IMG/VR virus record: IMGVR_UViG_3300009514_000035
Coordinates: 1-52,571 of that record
Reading direction: 5' to 3' (one strand)
Source of the DNA: a virus
Lineage: Duplodnaviria > Caudoviricetes
Length of the DNA stretch: 52,571 nt
Positions 27,231 to 35,559 of this stretch are shown one piece after another. Positions within the stretch are counted from its first letter, which is position 1. Every line of letters starts with the position of its first letter. A model generated the notes under the pieces. That model saw nothing but the letters and a program-made list of their open reading frames with translations, did not search any database and was not told the origin of the DNA. The position numbers and the translations under genes are program-made.

Positions 27231-29009
27231 ATGAGCGAGTTTTACAGAAACTATGCCACCGCGACGACCAGGGACCTTCAACTTTACGCCAACGGCACCA
27301 CTGGCAGCGACGCCAACGACGGGCTGTCGTTAGCACAAGCTAAAAAAACGCGACAAGCTGTCTACGATCTGATCCCCGACATCTGCAACCACAACGTCGT
27401 GGTCAACCTGGCAGGCACGTTCACTGAAGATACAGATCACATGTATCTTGCTAGCAGGCACATCGCGAAGAACGTCACCCTGCGAATCGATGGCGGTGAC
27501 GGACTAAACGAGGTGGTTGCCTCTATGACGTCCACAGATCCAGAGACCGATACCACGAAAATCGGTGACTCCGGGCAAGCGTGGACCGTTGATCTCTATA
27601 AGGGCCAGTGGGTCGAGATTACCTCCGGGCCTGCCAGTGGAGAAATTCGAAGCATCTTTTCCAACACGGCGACAGAGTTGACAGTCGCGACCGACTTCTC
27701 CACCGATCCCGGCGTCTGCTCATTCAGAATCGTCGAACCGTTAACACACCTCAACAGCGCGACCAAGTACGAGCGCATCCGCAACAACAGCGGGCTCGGC
27801 TTCATCGTGTTCCAGCGTTTGCGCTGGAGCACGCGAGCGCCGTGGTTTGAAAAGAACACCAACCAATCGTGTGCGCTTGTAGCTTGTGTGATCAATAACC
27901 CCAGCAACTACCTGTTCACGCAGGGCAACCTGTCGACCATCACTTTTGGCAAAGGTGCGGTCAACCCTGTCACGCACGCAGCTATCACCGGCCATGACGC
28001 ATCAACGTACGTCGAAGGGCAAACGATAGGTGAATTCAATCACGCGCAGTTTAATGGCATCGCGTCAATCCATGGAGAGTTCATCGCCAGAGAGCAGGTC
28101 GCGCCTGCTCTTCTCGGCTGTCGCGCTGATTTCGTTGAAGCCTACGACTGCTCTTTACGGTCACCGAGCAGTCTCTTATTCAACTCGTTCGCTGGGTGGC
28201 GTACTTGTCAGATCGGAGACTCGGCCAGCGGAGTCGCATTGCGGCTATTCCGAAGCAACATACAAATTGGCGACGGCACGCTGAACATCAGCAACGCACA
28301 ATCACACGCCATCGAAGTAGACGGTGGGTGGCTTAAACTCAAAGGAGACCTGCTCGGCTCTGGCAACACCGGAGCTAGTATTCGGGTGAAGAACGGTGCC
28401 ATCGTCGACTTCAGCTCGACCGTACCTGCCATCACCAGTACAGTTGGCGACATCTCCTTTGACGGCACCACCGAGCAGTGCACCTTCGAGAACATCGTCA
28501 CCGACAACGAGACGTACACCAGCGCCGATGGCTCGGTGGTTTACGAAGGCGGCGTTGACGTAGCTTACCGGAAGCAGTTCGCCGAGATCAAAGGTGTCGC
28601 GGTTGGGACCGCGCTGGCATTGACGCTGCAGAGCACTTGGTACAAGGTCGCGACGTATAGCGCCAACGGACGCGCCAACGGGCTGGAAGCCGATGAGACG
28701 CTCAACCACATTGTGTGTCGACGTGCGGTAGAGCACCGCGTCAAGGCGATGATGAACTTCTACGCAGATGTATCTCAGGATTATGAAATCGCAATTTGCG
28801 AGGGCGATCCTGAGTCCACTGGTACGGTCTTGGCGTCTGCACGGCTCACGTATGGTGCAACATCAACGTTCTATGACCAAGCTTTCCTGGAAACAGGTTT
28901 CTTGGCTGCAGCCAGCGATCAAGTTGGCATCTGGGTTCAATGTCATACAGCGGCGGCGCAAAACTTTAATCCGTACAATTTCAACTTGCTCGTCGAAGAG
29001 GTGCTCTAA
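27231..29009 (+). CDS. Tailspike/receptor-binding-like protein, paralogue 4 (extra C-terminal domain)
   Basis: LYANGTTGSDANDG...AKKT, HNVVVNLAGTF, GDISFDG, then about 150 aa of a beta-sandwich-like tail. Confidence 0.65.
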   Translation: MSEFYRNYATATTRDLQLYANGTTGSDANDGLSLAQAKKTRQAVYDLIPDICNHNVVVNLAGTFTEDTDHMYLASRHIAKNVTLRIDGGDGLNEVVASMTSTDPETDTTKIGDSGQAWTVDLYKGQWVEITSGPASGEIRSIFSNTATELTVATDFSTDPGVCSFRIVEPLTHLNSATKYERIRNNSGLGFIVFQRLRWSTRAPWFEKNTNQSCALVACVINNPSNYLFTQGNLSTITFGKGAVNPVTHAAITGHDASTYVEGQTIGEFNHAQFNGIASIHGEFIAREQVAPALLGCRADFVEAYDCSLRSPSSLLFNSFAGWRTCQIGDSASGVALRLFRSNIQIGDGTLNISNAQSHAIEVDGGWLKLKGDLLGSGNTGASIRVKNGAIVDFSSTVPAITSTVGDISFDGTTEQCTFENIVTDNETYTSADGSVVYEGGVDVAYRKQFAEIKGVAVGTALALTLQSTWYKVATYSANGRANGLEADETLNHIVCRRAVEHRVKAMMNFYADVSQDYEIAICEGDPESTGTVLASARLTYGATSTFYDQAFLETGFLAAASDQVGIWVQCHTAAAQNFNPYNFNLLVEEVL

Positions 29010-29155
29010 TGTCTGCTGTGTGGGTAGTTGCTTTGCCATTGTGGGCGATCTTTGTTGCGATCGTTGTAGGAGGTTTCTTCTACTTGAAAACGACGGCCAG
29101 GGTCTGGGATCCGAAACGGGTCCGCACGGATCAACCAGACCCTGACGACGGCTAG
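29009..29155 (+). CDS. 48-aa single-pass membrane protein (not in the ORF track)
   Basis: TAATG-coupled; MSAVWVVALPLWAIFVAIVVGGFFYLKTTARVWDPKRVRTDQPDPDDG. Confidence 0.6.
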   Translation: MSAVWVVALPLWAIFVAIVVGGFFYLKTTARVWDPKRVRTDQPDPDDG

Positions 29156-29174
29156 CGCTTGACGAACCAGACGT

Positions 29175-29483
29175 TTAAGTTGGAGATGATGCGGCAGTGT
29201 CGCTTGACGGCAGGACTGTGACTGCCCAACCGACACCTTGTCGCTGTTTGGCGAAATCGACCACCGCCTGTGCGCCTGCAACGAAGTCCGCATCCGATAT
29301 GCCAGCTCTCTTGGCGATGGCGTAGACGGCAAGCATGCCGGCCTGCAAAGGCTCTTCGTAGTCACTGGGGGTGGGATCTCGTTGCATTAACAGACGAACG
29401 TGCACCGTGCTCGTCAAGTGCCTGAATGAGGTGTTCGCCGTCTTCATGGCGGCGTATAGGCTATGAGGGTTGTACCACTTCAT
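29175..29483 (-). CDS. Hypothetical protein
   Basis: ATGA-coupled to the amidase stop codon; 102 aa. Confidence 0.55.
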   Translation of the reverse strand: MKWYNPHSLYAAMKTANTSFRHLTSTVHVRLLMQRDPTPSDYEEPLQAGMLAVYAIAKRAGISDADFVAGAQAVVDFAKQRQGVGWAVTVLPSSDTAASSPT

Positions 29484-30583
29484 GCTACCAGCTTGAATTG
29501 CTTCAGGCGAGCGTAGAGCGCTTCTTGGGTGCTGGAGCCAGGGATCTTGTCGGCGCCGCCTTCAAGCCGTGGGCCTTTGGACATCTGAAATTGGAACACG
29601 GCGTTGGCTGTGTCCTCGTCCAGCACTGGGCCTTGACCACCGGTAACGTAGGTGAGCTTTTCCAGTGCGCGGCGCACGGAGTCGAGCTCTTGCTTCCAGT
29701 TGCCGTCCTGGATGAGCGCTTGAAACTCAGGGGTCGGCATCTCTTCGACGGCGTCCCAGTCCAAGTCTCCGCTACGGCGTTCGGCCTTGCGCTCCTCGAG
29801 CTCCATCAGGAAGAACTCGTCGTCTTCATTTTCCATCTCCATCACGAAGCCTTCAGGCTGCGCTTGGTAGTCTTTCAGCCAAGGGATGCCCTCGGTAGGC
29901 ATCTGGGCGAACACGGCATCACGGACGTGCTTGGAGGGGAAGGCCTTGCCCGGATCCCACTTCTTGTCGGAGCTGCAGCTGTGGCCAATCCACCAGCGGG
30001 GGTCCAAGCCGCCGTAGTCCTGGCAGTAACAGTGGAGCATTTGCCCGAGTTGGATGTTGGCGAGAATCTGATCGGCCGGGTAGGGCTCCCACCATTGCCC
30101 GTCGATGGCGATCGGCGTCTTGCCGAGCTTCTCGTGGGGGAATTTTGCAGTCCAGCCTTTAGGCCACCAGCGCCAGTCGCCTTCTTTTCCTTTGAGGATG
30201 CCGGCGTTACGGTTTTCGACGCCGGTGTTCAGGCGATTCACCCAGCCGCCGTGCCACACCGGGATGATGCCATCGGATAGCATGAGCACGACAACCCGCA
30301 GGTCCTTGAGCAACGGGTACTTGGCGTAGATGGCGGCGACCTCAGGCAGCATGCGGTCCAAGATCATGAACTGGCAGCTGACCTGGTTCTTATGACCGCC
30401 GTCGTTCAGCCATCGAATAGACCCCTTCCACGTCACACCGGCGGTGAAGTGCACCGTGTTTCCGATGGGCCGAGCTCGCTTCCACTTGCGATAGCGCTTG
30501 TGTCCTTGGTCGATCGGCAGCCCGAACAGCTTGAGGACCTCTATCGACGCAGCGCGCAGCTGCTCGAAGAACTCTCGAGCCAT
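29480..30583 (-). CDS. Endolysin: N-acetylmuramoyl-L-alanine amidase (Amidase_2-like) with a C-terminal peptidoglycan-binding domain
   Basis: VHFTAG, WHGG.VN..NTGVE, YPADQI and IGHS....KWDPG motifs; C-terminal L.KL.Y..G...G.LDEDT..AV.QFQ....ADKIPG..T. Start taken at ATG 30583. Confidence 0.82.
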   Translation of the reverse strand: MAREFFEQLRAASIEVLKLFGLPIDQGHKRYRKWKRARPIGNTVHFTAGVTWKGSIRWLNDGGHKNQVSCQFMILDRMLPEVAAIYAKYPLLKDLRVVVLMLSDGIIPVWHGGWVNRLNTGVENRNAGILKGKEGDWRWWPKGWTAKFPHEKLGKTPIAIDGQWWEPYPADQILANIQLGQMLHCYCQDYGGLDPRWWIGHSCSSDKKWDPGKAFPSKHVRDAVFAQMPTEGIPWLKDYQAQPEGFVMEMENEDDEFFLMELEERKAERRSGDLDWDAVEEMPTPEFQALIQDGNWKQELDSVRRALEKLTYVTGGQGPVLDEDTANAVFQFQMSKGPRLEGGADKIPGSSTQEALYARLKQFKLVA

Positions 30584-30675
30584 ACCCACGGAGTACAGGA
30601 AACCTATTGCGTGAGACACTTGACGGTCCTTTCGTTGTATATGGTAGTGGCAGCATCCCACCCGCACCGCCTTGT

Positions 30676-30704
30676 AGGATACAGGTCGGACGACTTGCCG
30701 TCAA
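30676..30704 (-). promoter_or_regulatory. Sigma70-like promoter upstream of the endolysin
   Basis: TTGACG-N17-TATCCT on the minus strand in the dinG-amidase intergenic region. Confidence 0.55.
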
Positions 30705-30707
30705 TTT

Positions 30708-32645
30708 CTATCTCACAAACGCGAGAACGTCGGTGATATCGACGGAGCTCGGGATCGGTGGCAGACTCTGCAGGAAGGTGCGGCAGTACTTCGAGCCTCC
30801 CAACAGTCGATTATCAAGGATGACGATCACTCCTCGGTCCGTCTTGGTTCGCAACAGCCGACCGATACCCTGCCGAAGCGTGATGATCGCCTTCGGCATC
30901 GAGTAGGTCCAAAAGGACTGCTTGCTGCGCTCAGAGATCGCGTTGACCAGCGGGTCACTCATATTCGGGAACGGCAGCTTGTCGATGACCAAACCAGTCA
31001 GAGCTGACCCCGACACGTCGATGCCAGTCCAGAAGCTAGCCACACCGAACAAACATGAGGTCTCATCCTCTTGAAACTCTTTGTAAATATCTGCCCTCGA
31101 TCGCCCGTCACCCTGCATGAGCATCGTGTAGGGCAGCTCGGTGGTCCTCGGCGAGAGCTTCTCGAACGCGCTTTTCATGTTCCTGATGGAAGTGAAGAGG
31201 CATAACGTGCGACCCCCACAGGCCCCTATGACGTACGCCAGTGCGTCCGCAGTGGCTTGCTGGAAGTCTGGGCCTTTGGGGTCTGGCATCACCTGAGGAA
31301 CAACCAAGAGGCTCTGCTGGCCATAGTCGAACGGGCTCTCAACCATCAGCTCGGTGGTGGCCGGGGCAGCGGGTACTCCGGCCTCGCGGCGGATGAACTC
31401 GAAGTTGCGTCCGGTGGTCAACGTCGCCGAGGTCATGATCACGCATCGCGTCGGATCGAACACCTCCTTGGTGAGCAAGGCGCTGACCACGATGGGTTTG
31501 CCTCGCACTACCGTGTAGGCTGACTTGCCACTGAATTCTATCCAGTAGACGAAGTTCTTGTTGCTGAGCAGTGTGGCTTCTTCGACGCGCTCGATGAATT
31601 TGTTGAGCAACCGGCTGGTCTCGAAGGCGTCGTTGCGCTGCTCAGCGTTGTAGACGTCGCTGGCGGCGAACTTGTCGGATATGCGGCGCATCTTGGTGGC
31701 GCACTCGAGAAGTTGATCGCTGGCACCCTTGTCCCATTTCTGCGTGCGCAGGCGGATGTTGTAGCTTCGCGCGTTGCGAACCTCCTTCACCTTTTTGAAG
31801 AACTTCTTGGCCGCCTTTTCCAGTTCAAGAGCTTCCGCCTTGCGCTTCACGGATTTCAGCCAGCGCACAGGTCGCTGCAACGAGTACTGCGACAAAGAGA
31901 AACCGAAGAAGTCACGGGCGATGCTCGGCGCTTCGTGAGCCTCGTCGAGCACGAGGTTGTCGAACTTCGGCAAGATCAAGTCCTCGCCGGTCTGCCCCTT
32001 CACTGCGAGATGTGCGAACAGCATGTGGTAGTTGGTCACCACGATGTCGGCGCCACGTGCCTTGCGCTTCGCATCGTTGTAGAAGCATTCCTCTTTGAAG
32101 CTACAACGGTCGTTCTTGCACTCTTCGGAGCTCACGGACACCTTGCCCCACACCATTGGATGCGGATCGAATGGCAGGCCGGTCTTGTCTCCAGTCGATG
32201 TCGTCCGCGACCACTTCAACACGTCGCTCATCTGCACGGTGAGCTCCGCCGGTAGCTTACGAAAAGCGTCATCGACGTTGGAGGCGAACTCAGCCTCCTT
32301 GCAGTAGTAGTTGTTCTTGCCTTTCAGTAGTGCGAACGTGAAGTCGAATGGCAGCACGCTAGCGAGAAACGGAAGGTCTTTGTAGAACAGTTGCTCCTGC
32401 AATGCGATGTTGGCGGTGGCGATCACCGTCTTCGCCTTGTTGAATGCCGCATGTGCGATGGCGGGCACACCATAGGCGACACTCTTGCCGGTGCCACATG
32501 GACCCTCAGCCAGACAGTGATGACCGTGGCACATGGCTTTGTCGATGGCCTTTGCTAGCTCAATCTGGCCCTTGCGCACTTCGTAGTTCGGCAACTGCTG
32601 TGCCAGTAAACCTTCCGGTCCGAATATGTCGTCGATGTAGTCCAT
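30708..32645 (-). CDS. dinG: DinG/YoaA-family Fe-S DNA helicase
   Basis: Q motif YEVRKGQ, EGPCGTGKS, KGKNNYYC plus C...C...C Fe-S ligands, VVTNYHML, DEAHE, SPFDY, FWTGIDVSG, QGIGRLLR. Confidence 0.93.
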   Translation of the reverse strand: MDYIDDIFGPEGLLAQQLPNYEVRKGQIELAKAIDKAMCHGHHCLAEGPCGTGKSVAYGVPAIAHAAFNKAKTVIATANIALQEQLFYKDLPFLASVLPFDFTFALLKGKNNYYCKEAEFASNVDDAFRKLPAELTVQMSDVLKWSRTTSTGDKTGLPFDPHPMVWGKVSVSSEECKNDRCSFKEECFYNDAKRKARGADIVVTNYHMLFAHLAVKGQTGEDLILPKFDNLVLDEAHEAPSIARDFFGFSLSQYSLQRPVRWLKSVKRKAEALELEKAAKKFFKKVKEVRNARSYNIRLRTQKWDKGASDQLLECATKMRRISDKFAASDVYNAEQRNDAFETSRLLNKFIERVEEATLLSNKNFVYWIEFSGKSAYTVVRGKPIVVSALLTKEVFDPTRCVIMTSATLTTGRNFEFIRREAGVPAAPATTELMVESPFDYGQQSLLVVPQVMPDPKGPDFQQATADALAYVIGACGGRTLCLFTSIRNMKSAFEKLSPRTTELPYTMLMQGDGRSRADIYKEFQEDETSCLFGVASFWTGIDVSGSALTGLVIDKLPFPNMSDPLVNAISERSKQSFWTYSMPKAIITLRQGIGRLLRTKTDRGVIVILDNRLLGGSKYCRTFLQSLPPIPSSVDITDVLAFVR

Positions 32646-32647
32646 GG

Positions 32648-32935
32648 CTATGCTGCTGCGCAGCCTGCGCAGTAGCCTTCGTTGGCTTGCGCGTCGTGCA
32701 GTTCGTCCGGTTCCATCTCAGTGCCGCAGCACTCACAGCCATAGATGTCCTCCACGCCCTCGGCATCATCTAGTAGGGAAGCATCACCGTCTTCGACAGC
32801 GCGAGTGAGCAACTGGCCCATGTCACTATCGGCTTCAAATCTTGTTTCCAGCAAGAACTCCAGGTAGTTCACCTTTGCCGTGTTATGCGCGATGCTTTGG
32901 TTAGCTTCGAGTACTCTTTGTCCGAATCCCATCAT
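32648..32935 (-). CDS. Hypothetical protein with a C-terminal Zn ribbon
   Basis: CECC...CAGC; AGGAG RBS. Confidence 0.65.
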   Translation of the reverse strand: MMGFGQRVLEANQSIAHNTAKVNYLEFLLETRFEADSDMGQLLTRAVEDGDASLLDDAEGVEDIYGCECCGTEMEPDELHDAQANEGYCAGCAAA

Positions 32936-32941
32936 AGTCTC

Positions 32942-33715
32942 CTACATGCGCCTCAGGTCCATGAACCAGGCGAGTAAGAAGGTGAACGTCTTTTCGTTAT
33001 AGCCTTCTTTGTTTCCGATACGCCCGACAATGATTGGATCACCACGGCGTTGTCGACGCTCCGGCAAGCAGCCAATCTCATCGAAGATGCCGAGCTTCAT
33101 CGCTTCGGCGGCCGTCTCGGTGATGTCTGGCGTGACGAATGTAAACGGGAACGAGACGGGTTGGAATTCGTCAGCCACCCAACGTGTCTCAGGCACCCCT
33201 TCTTTGTTTTTCCGGACGACTTGCTTCACTGATGGTTCGGCGTCGACGTACTCACCGACGCCTAGCGGCAAGAGTTGCGTGGCGACGTTGGCGACATTTT
33301 GCTCCCGACGTTGTGCGGGACCGGGTGCGGGCTTCTTCTTTTTATTGCGCACTGCGAACACGCCTACAGGGAAGTTAGGCACCAAGTAGAAGCCTTGCTG
33401 TAATGCCGCCAGTACTTTCTCGTACATGGTGAGACGTTTCTGCGCACGAGTGATTGCGGCAGAGTACGACCTGGTCGCCCACTTGTTTTTCTTGGCGACT
33501 TCACGTGCGGCAGTCAGCGTCTCCACTTCGAGGCGCTCAGTGTTGACTTGGCTTTCAGCCCAAGCGACCATCTCCTGTTGGGCACTTTCCATTTGCGTAG
33601 GGTTCTTGGCGAACACCAGCATGTTCTTCGTGCCACTTAGCTTGGGGTGTTGTGGTGGGCCTTCGGCCATAGCTGCAGCTGAGACCATCGAGGCCTTTGC
33701 ATCTTTGCCTGCCAT
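32942..33715 (-). CDS. Hypothetical protein with an N-terminal coiled coil
   Basis: 257-aa ORF in the operon with a GGAG RBS. Confidence 0.7.
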   Translation of the reverse strand: MAGKDAKASMVSAAAMAEGPPQHPKLSGTKNMLVFAKNPTQMESAQQEMVAWAESQVNTERLEVETLTAAREVAKKNKWATRSYSAAITRAQKRLTMYEKVLAALQQGFYLVPNFPVGVFAVRNKKKKPAPGPAQRREQNVANVATQLLPLGVGEYVDAEPSVKQVVRKNKEGVPETRWVADEFQPVSFPFTFVTPDITETAAEAMKLGIFDEIGCLPERRQRRGDPIIVGRIGNKEGYNEKTFTFLLAWFMDLRRM

Positions 33716-33732
33716 GTGACTCTCCGTTAAGG

Positions 33733-34452
33733 CTATGCAGCGAGTCGCTTGTACTCTTCTTCGACAATCTTTACGATGGCCAAATCTTTTACAGGCGAGT
33801 CACCGGATTTGATTCGTTCAGTGATCTGTTCCAGCTCGGCGCAGATCTTCTTTTTGTTTGGCTCCATGATGAAGTAGGCCATGGAGTGGAAGTTTTCGGC
33901 TCGATCTTCAATGTACTCTTTTTTGATGTGGCCGTGCACCAAAAAATGAATGTGCATCGAGACAGTGTAGGCTTGCAGCTCCCATCGCTTGCGCCATGGA
34001 TCGGGCCACTGCGGAATGAAGTGGACGCCGGTTGCGACCAGCCATGCTCCGAGGTAGACCAGCTTCCACCAGCCTGGCACCCAGAACACACCGACCCACC
34101 CACCAAGCAGCAGGGCGATTCCCTGGCTGATAGGCCAAAGGTAGAGATAAAAGAACAACGGGCGAGTCCACTTCATGGCCTGCACTACGTGGTAGATTTC
34201 GTGGGCGAGGACATCCCAACAAGTAAACTTCCCGTCGGCGGTCTCCGCGCCAGCACGGATGGCTATGGAGTAGCCAATTGTCGTCGTGAAGCTCTTGTAG
34301 TAGGAGTCCTGCTTCTCCTTGGAGTAGACGAGGTTCAATATCCAGTTGATCAGGGTGTGCAGCGCAAATGCTTTCTTTGGGCCGACGGTAATCTTCGGGC
34401 TGATTTCTTTCCTGGCCCGCGCCAGCACGGCGTCAAAAATCTTTTCATGCAT
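33733..34452 (-). CDS. Membrane-associated HExxH (zincin-like) protein
   Basis: VLAHEIYHVVQ, two hydrophobic helices, then WELQAY as the probable third-ligand Glu. Confidence 0.65.
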   Translation of the reverse strand: MHEKIFDAVLARARKEISPKITVGPKKAFALHTLINWILNLVYSKEKQDSYYKSFTTTIGYSIAIRAGAETADGKFTCWDVLAHEIYHVVQAMKWTRPLFFYLYLWPISQGIALLLGGWVGVFWVPGWWKLVYLGAWLVATGVHFIPQWPDPWRKRWELQAYTVSMHIHFLVHGHIKKEYIEDRAENFHSMAYFIMEPNKKKICAELEQITERIKSGDSPVKDLAIVKIVEEEYKRLAA

Positions 34453-34795
34453 CGCACACCGCCAGTCGATCGGACATGCAACAGGGGCACGTCTTGTCTT
34501 GGGCGAAATGGTAGTCGTCCTGCGTGAACCAAATTATCTGACTGACCGTGTCGGCCATACGGCCCAGAGTCGCGACGACTAGCATCCTGATGTCACAATC
34601 GATGGGGTCTTCACCTTCGAGCTTGAGGCCGGCAGTTAAGTCTGACTCATCCAGCGCGACTCGGCGGGCGTCATCGTTGAGCACGGCAAGCTTGAAGCCT
34701 TCCTGTAGCTTCTCCAAGCCAACCAAAGGGTGTTCGTCAGCGGTGCAGAAGGCTGGATGCTCCCAACCGCAGTTCAGGCATTTAGCAAAGGCCAT
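34445..34795 (-). CDS. Hypothetical Cys-rich protein
   Basis: CLNC at the N-terminus and CPCC at the C-terminus; overlaps both neighbours. Confidence 0.6.
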   Translation of the reverse strand: MAFAKCLNCGWEHPAFCTADEHPLVGLEKLQEGFKLAVLNDDARRVALDESDLTAGLKLEGEDPIDCDIRMLVVATLGRMADTVSQIIWFTQDDYHFAQDKTCPCCMSDRLAVCDA

Positions 34796-35051
34796 TGGAC
34801 TCTCGCGTTTCTGTCTCGACTTCCTCTGGTGGGTACGAGAATCTCACGTTCATAAATCGCTGATGCCGGTCAAGCCATTTCCGCCACGCAGGGAACGCCG
34901 GATGGCCACCAGCGGAAAAGTTCAAATGCTTACCGTCAAGGGTGATGCAATCGATTGTTACTTCAGCGTCCGCGACGCTGCTCTGCTGCTTTGTAGGCAC
35001 GGAGCCACTCCTCGTATGTAGCGTACTTGGGCGGGTACTGCTTGGTGCCAA
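34782..35051 (-). CDS. Small hypothetical protein (start uncertain)
   Basis: Fills the gap between HNH and the next gene; the true start is probably downstream of the listed one. Confidence 0.4.
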   Translation of the reverse strand: MAPSSTRPSTLHTRSGSVPTKQQSSVADAEVTIDCITLDGKHLNFSAGGHPAFPAWRKWLDRHQRFMNVRFSYPPEEVETETRESNGLC

Positions 35052-35559
35052 TCACCAGTCGCCATGCGCCCCATGGTGCAGAATGCTCGAGTGGGGCAGG
35101 GATGAAAGTAGGGTCTAATATCTGCCGAGTGGCGTCAAGAGGACGCAATCCGGCATTGCGCAGGATCATGATACCGTGTTCGGTGCGCATGGCAAATTCG
35201 AGCTGAGACATCTCACCGGCGGCAACCATGGCGTCCATGCGTCCGATATGAATGAAGCTGTGGCAGTAGTTGCACAGTGCAACTATCTCGTCGAGACGAG
35301 CTCTGCCTTTCTGCTGATCTATGGTGTACGCCTCATGCGCCTCCAACCACGTTCCGCCTTTAGCGTGGGCACGACTATCTCCGCAGGCCCAGCAACATTG
35401 GTTGTTGCCGGCATAGGCAATCTCTCGTTGCTGGTTCCACCAGTCTTCACCGAGAATGTTTCGGGGGTTGACTTCGTGCAACGGCTTGGGAATCTGGGGG
35501 TGTCGTAGCAGCTCAGGGCGCTTGAACCTTGGCATGGTCCCAGACAGATCGATGGTCAT
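34963..35559 (-). CDS. HNH endonuclease-like protein
   Basis: WWNQQRE.AY....CCWACG...LEAHE.Y...ALCNYCHSFIH; TGATG coupling to the polA stop places the start at 35559. Confidence 0.78.
   Translation of the reverse strand: MTIDLSGTMPRFKRPELLRHPQIPKPLHEVNPRNILGEDWWNQQREIAYAGNNQCCWACGDSRAHAKGGTWLEAHEAYTIDQQKGRARLDEIVALCNYCHSFIHIGRMDAMVAAGEMSQLEFAMRTEHGIMILRNAGLRPLDATRQILDPTFIPAPLEHSAPWGAWRLVIGTKQYPPKYATYEEWLRAYKAAEQRRGR

Noticed and set aside
20723-29009. Diversity-generating retroelement or shufflon acting on the tailspike array
   Set aside because: No reverse transcriptase, invertase or near-identical nucleotide repeats seen; similarity is only at the protein level.
29426-30280. 284-aa plus-strand ORF
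   Set aside because: Antisense shadow of the amidase gene.
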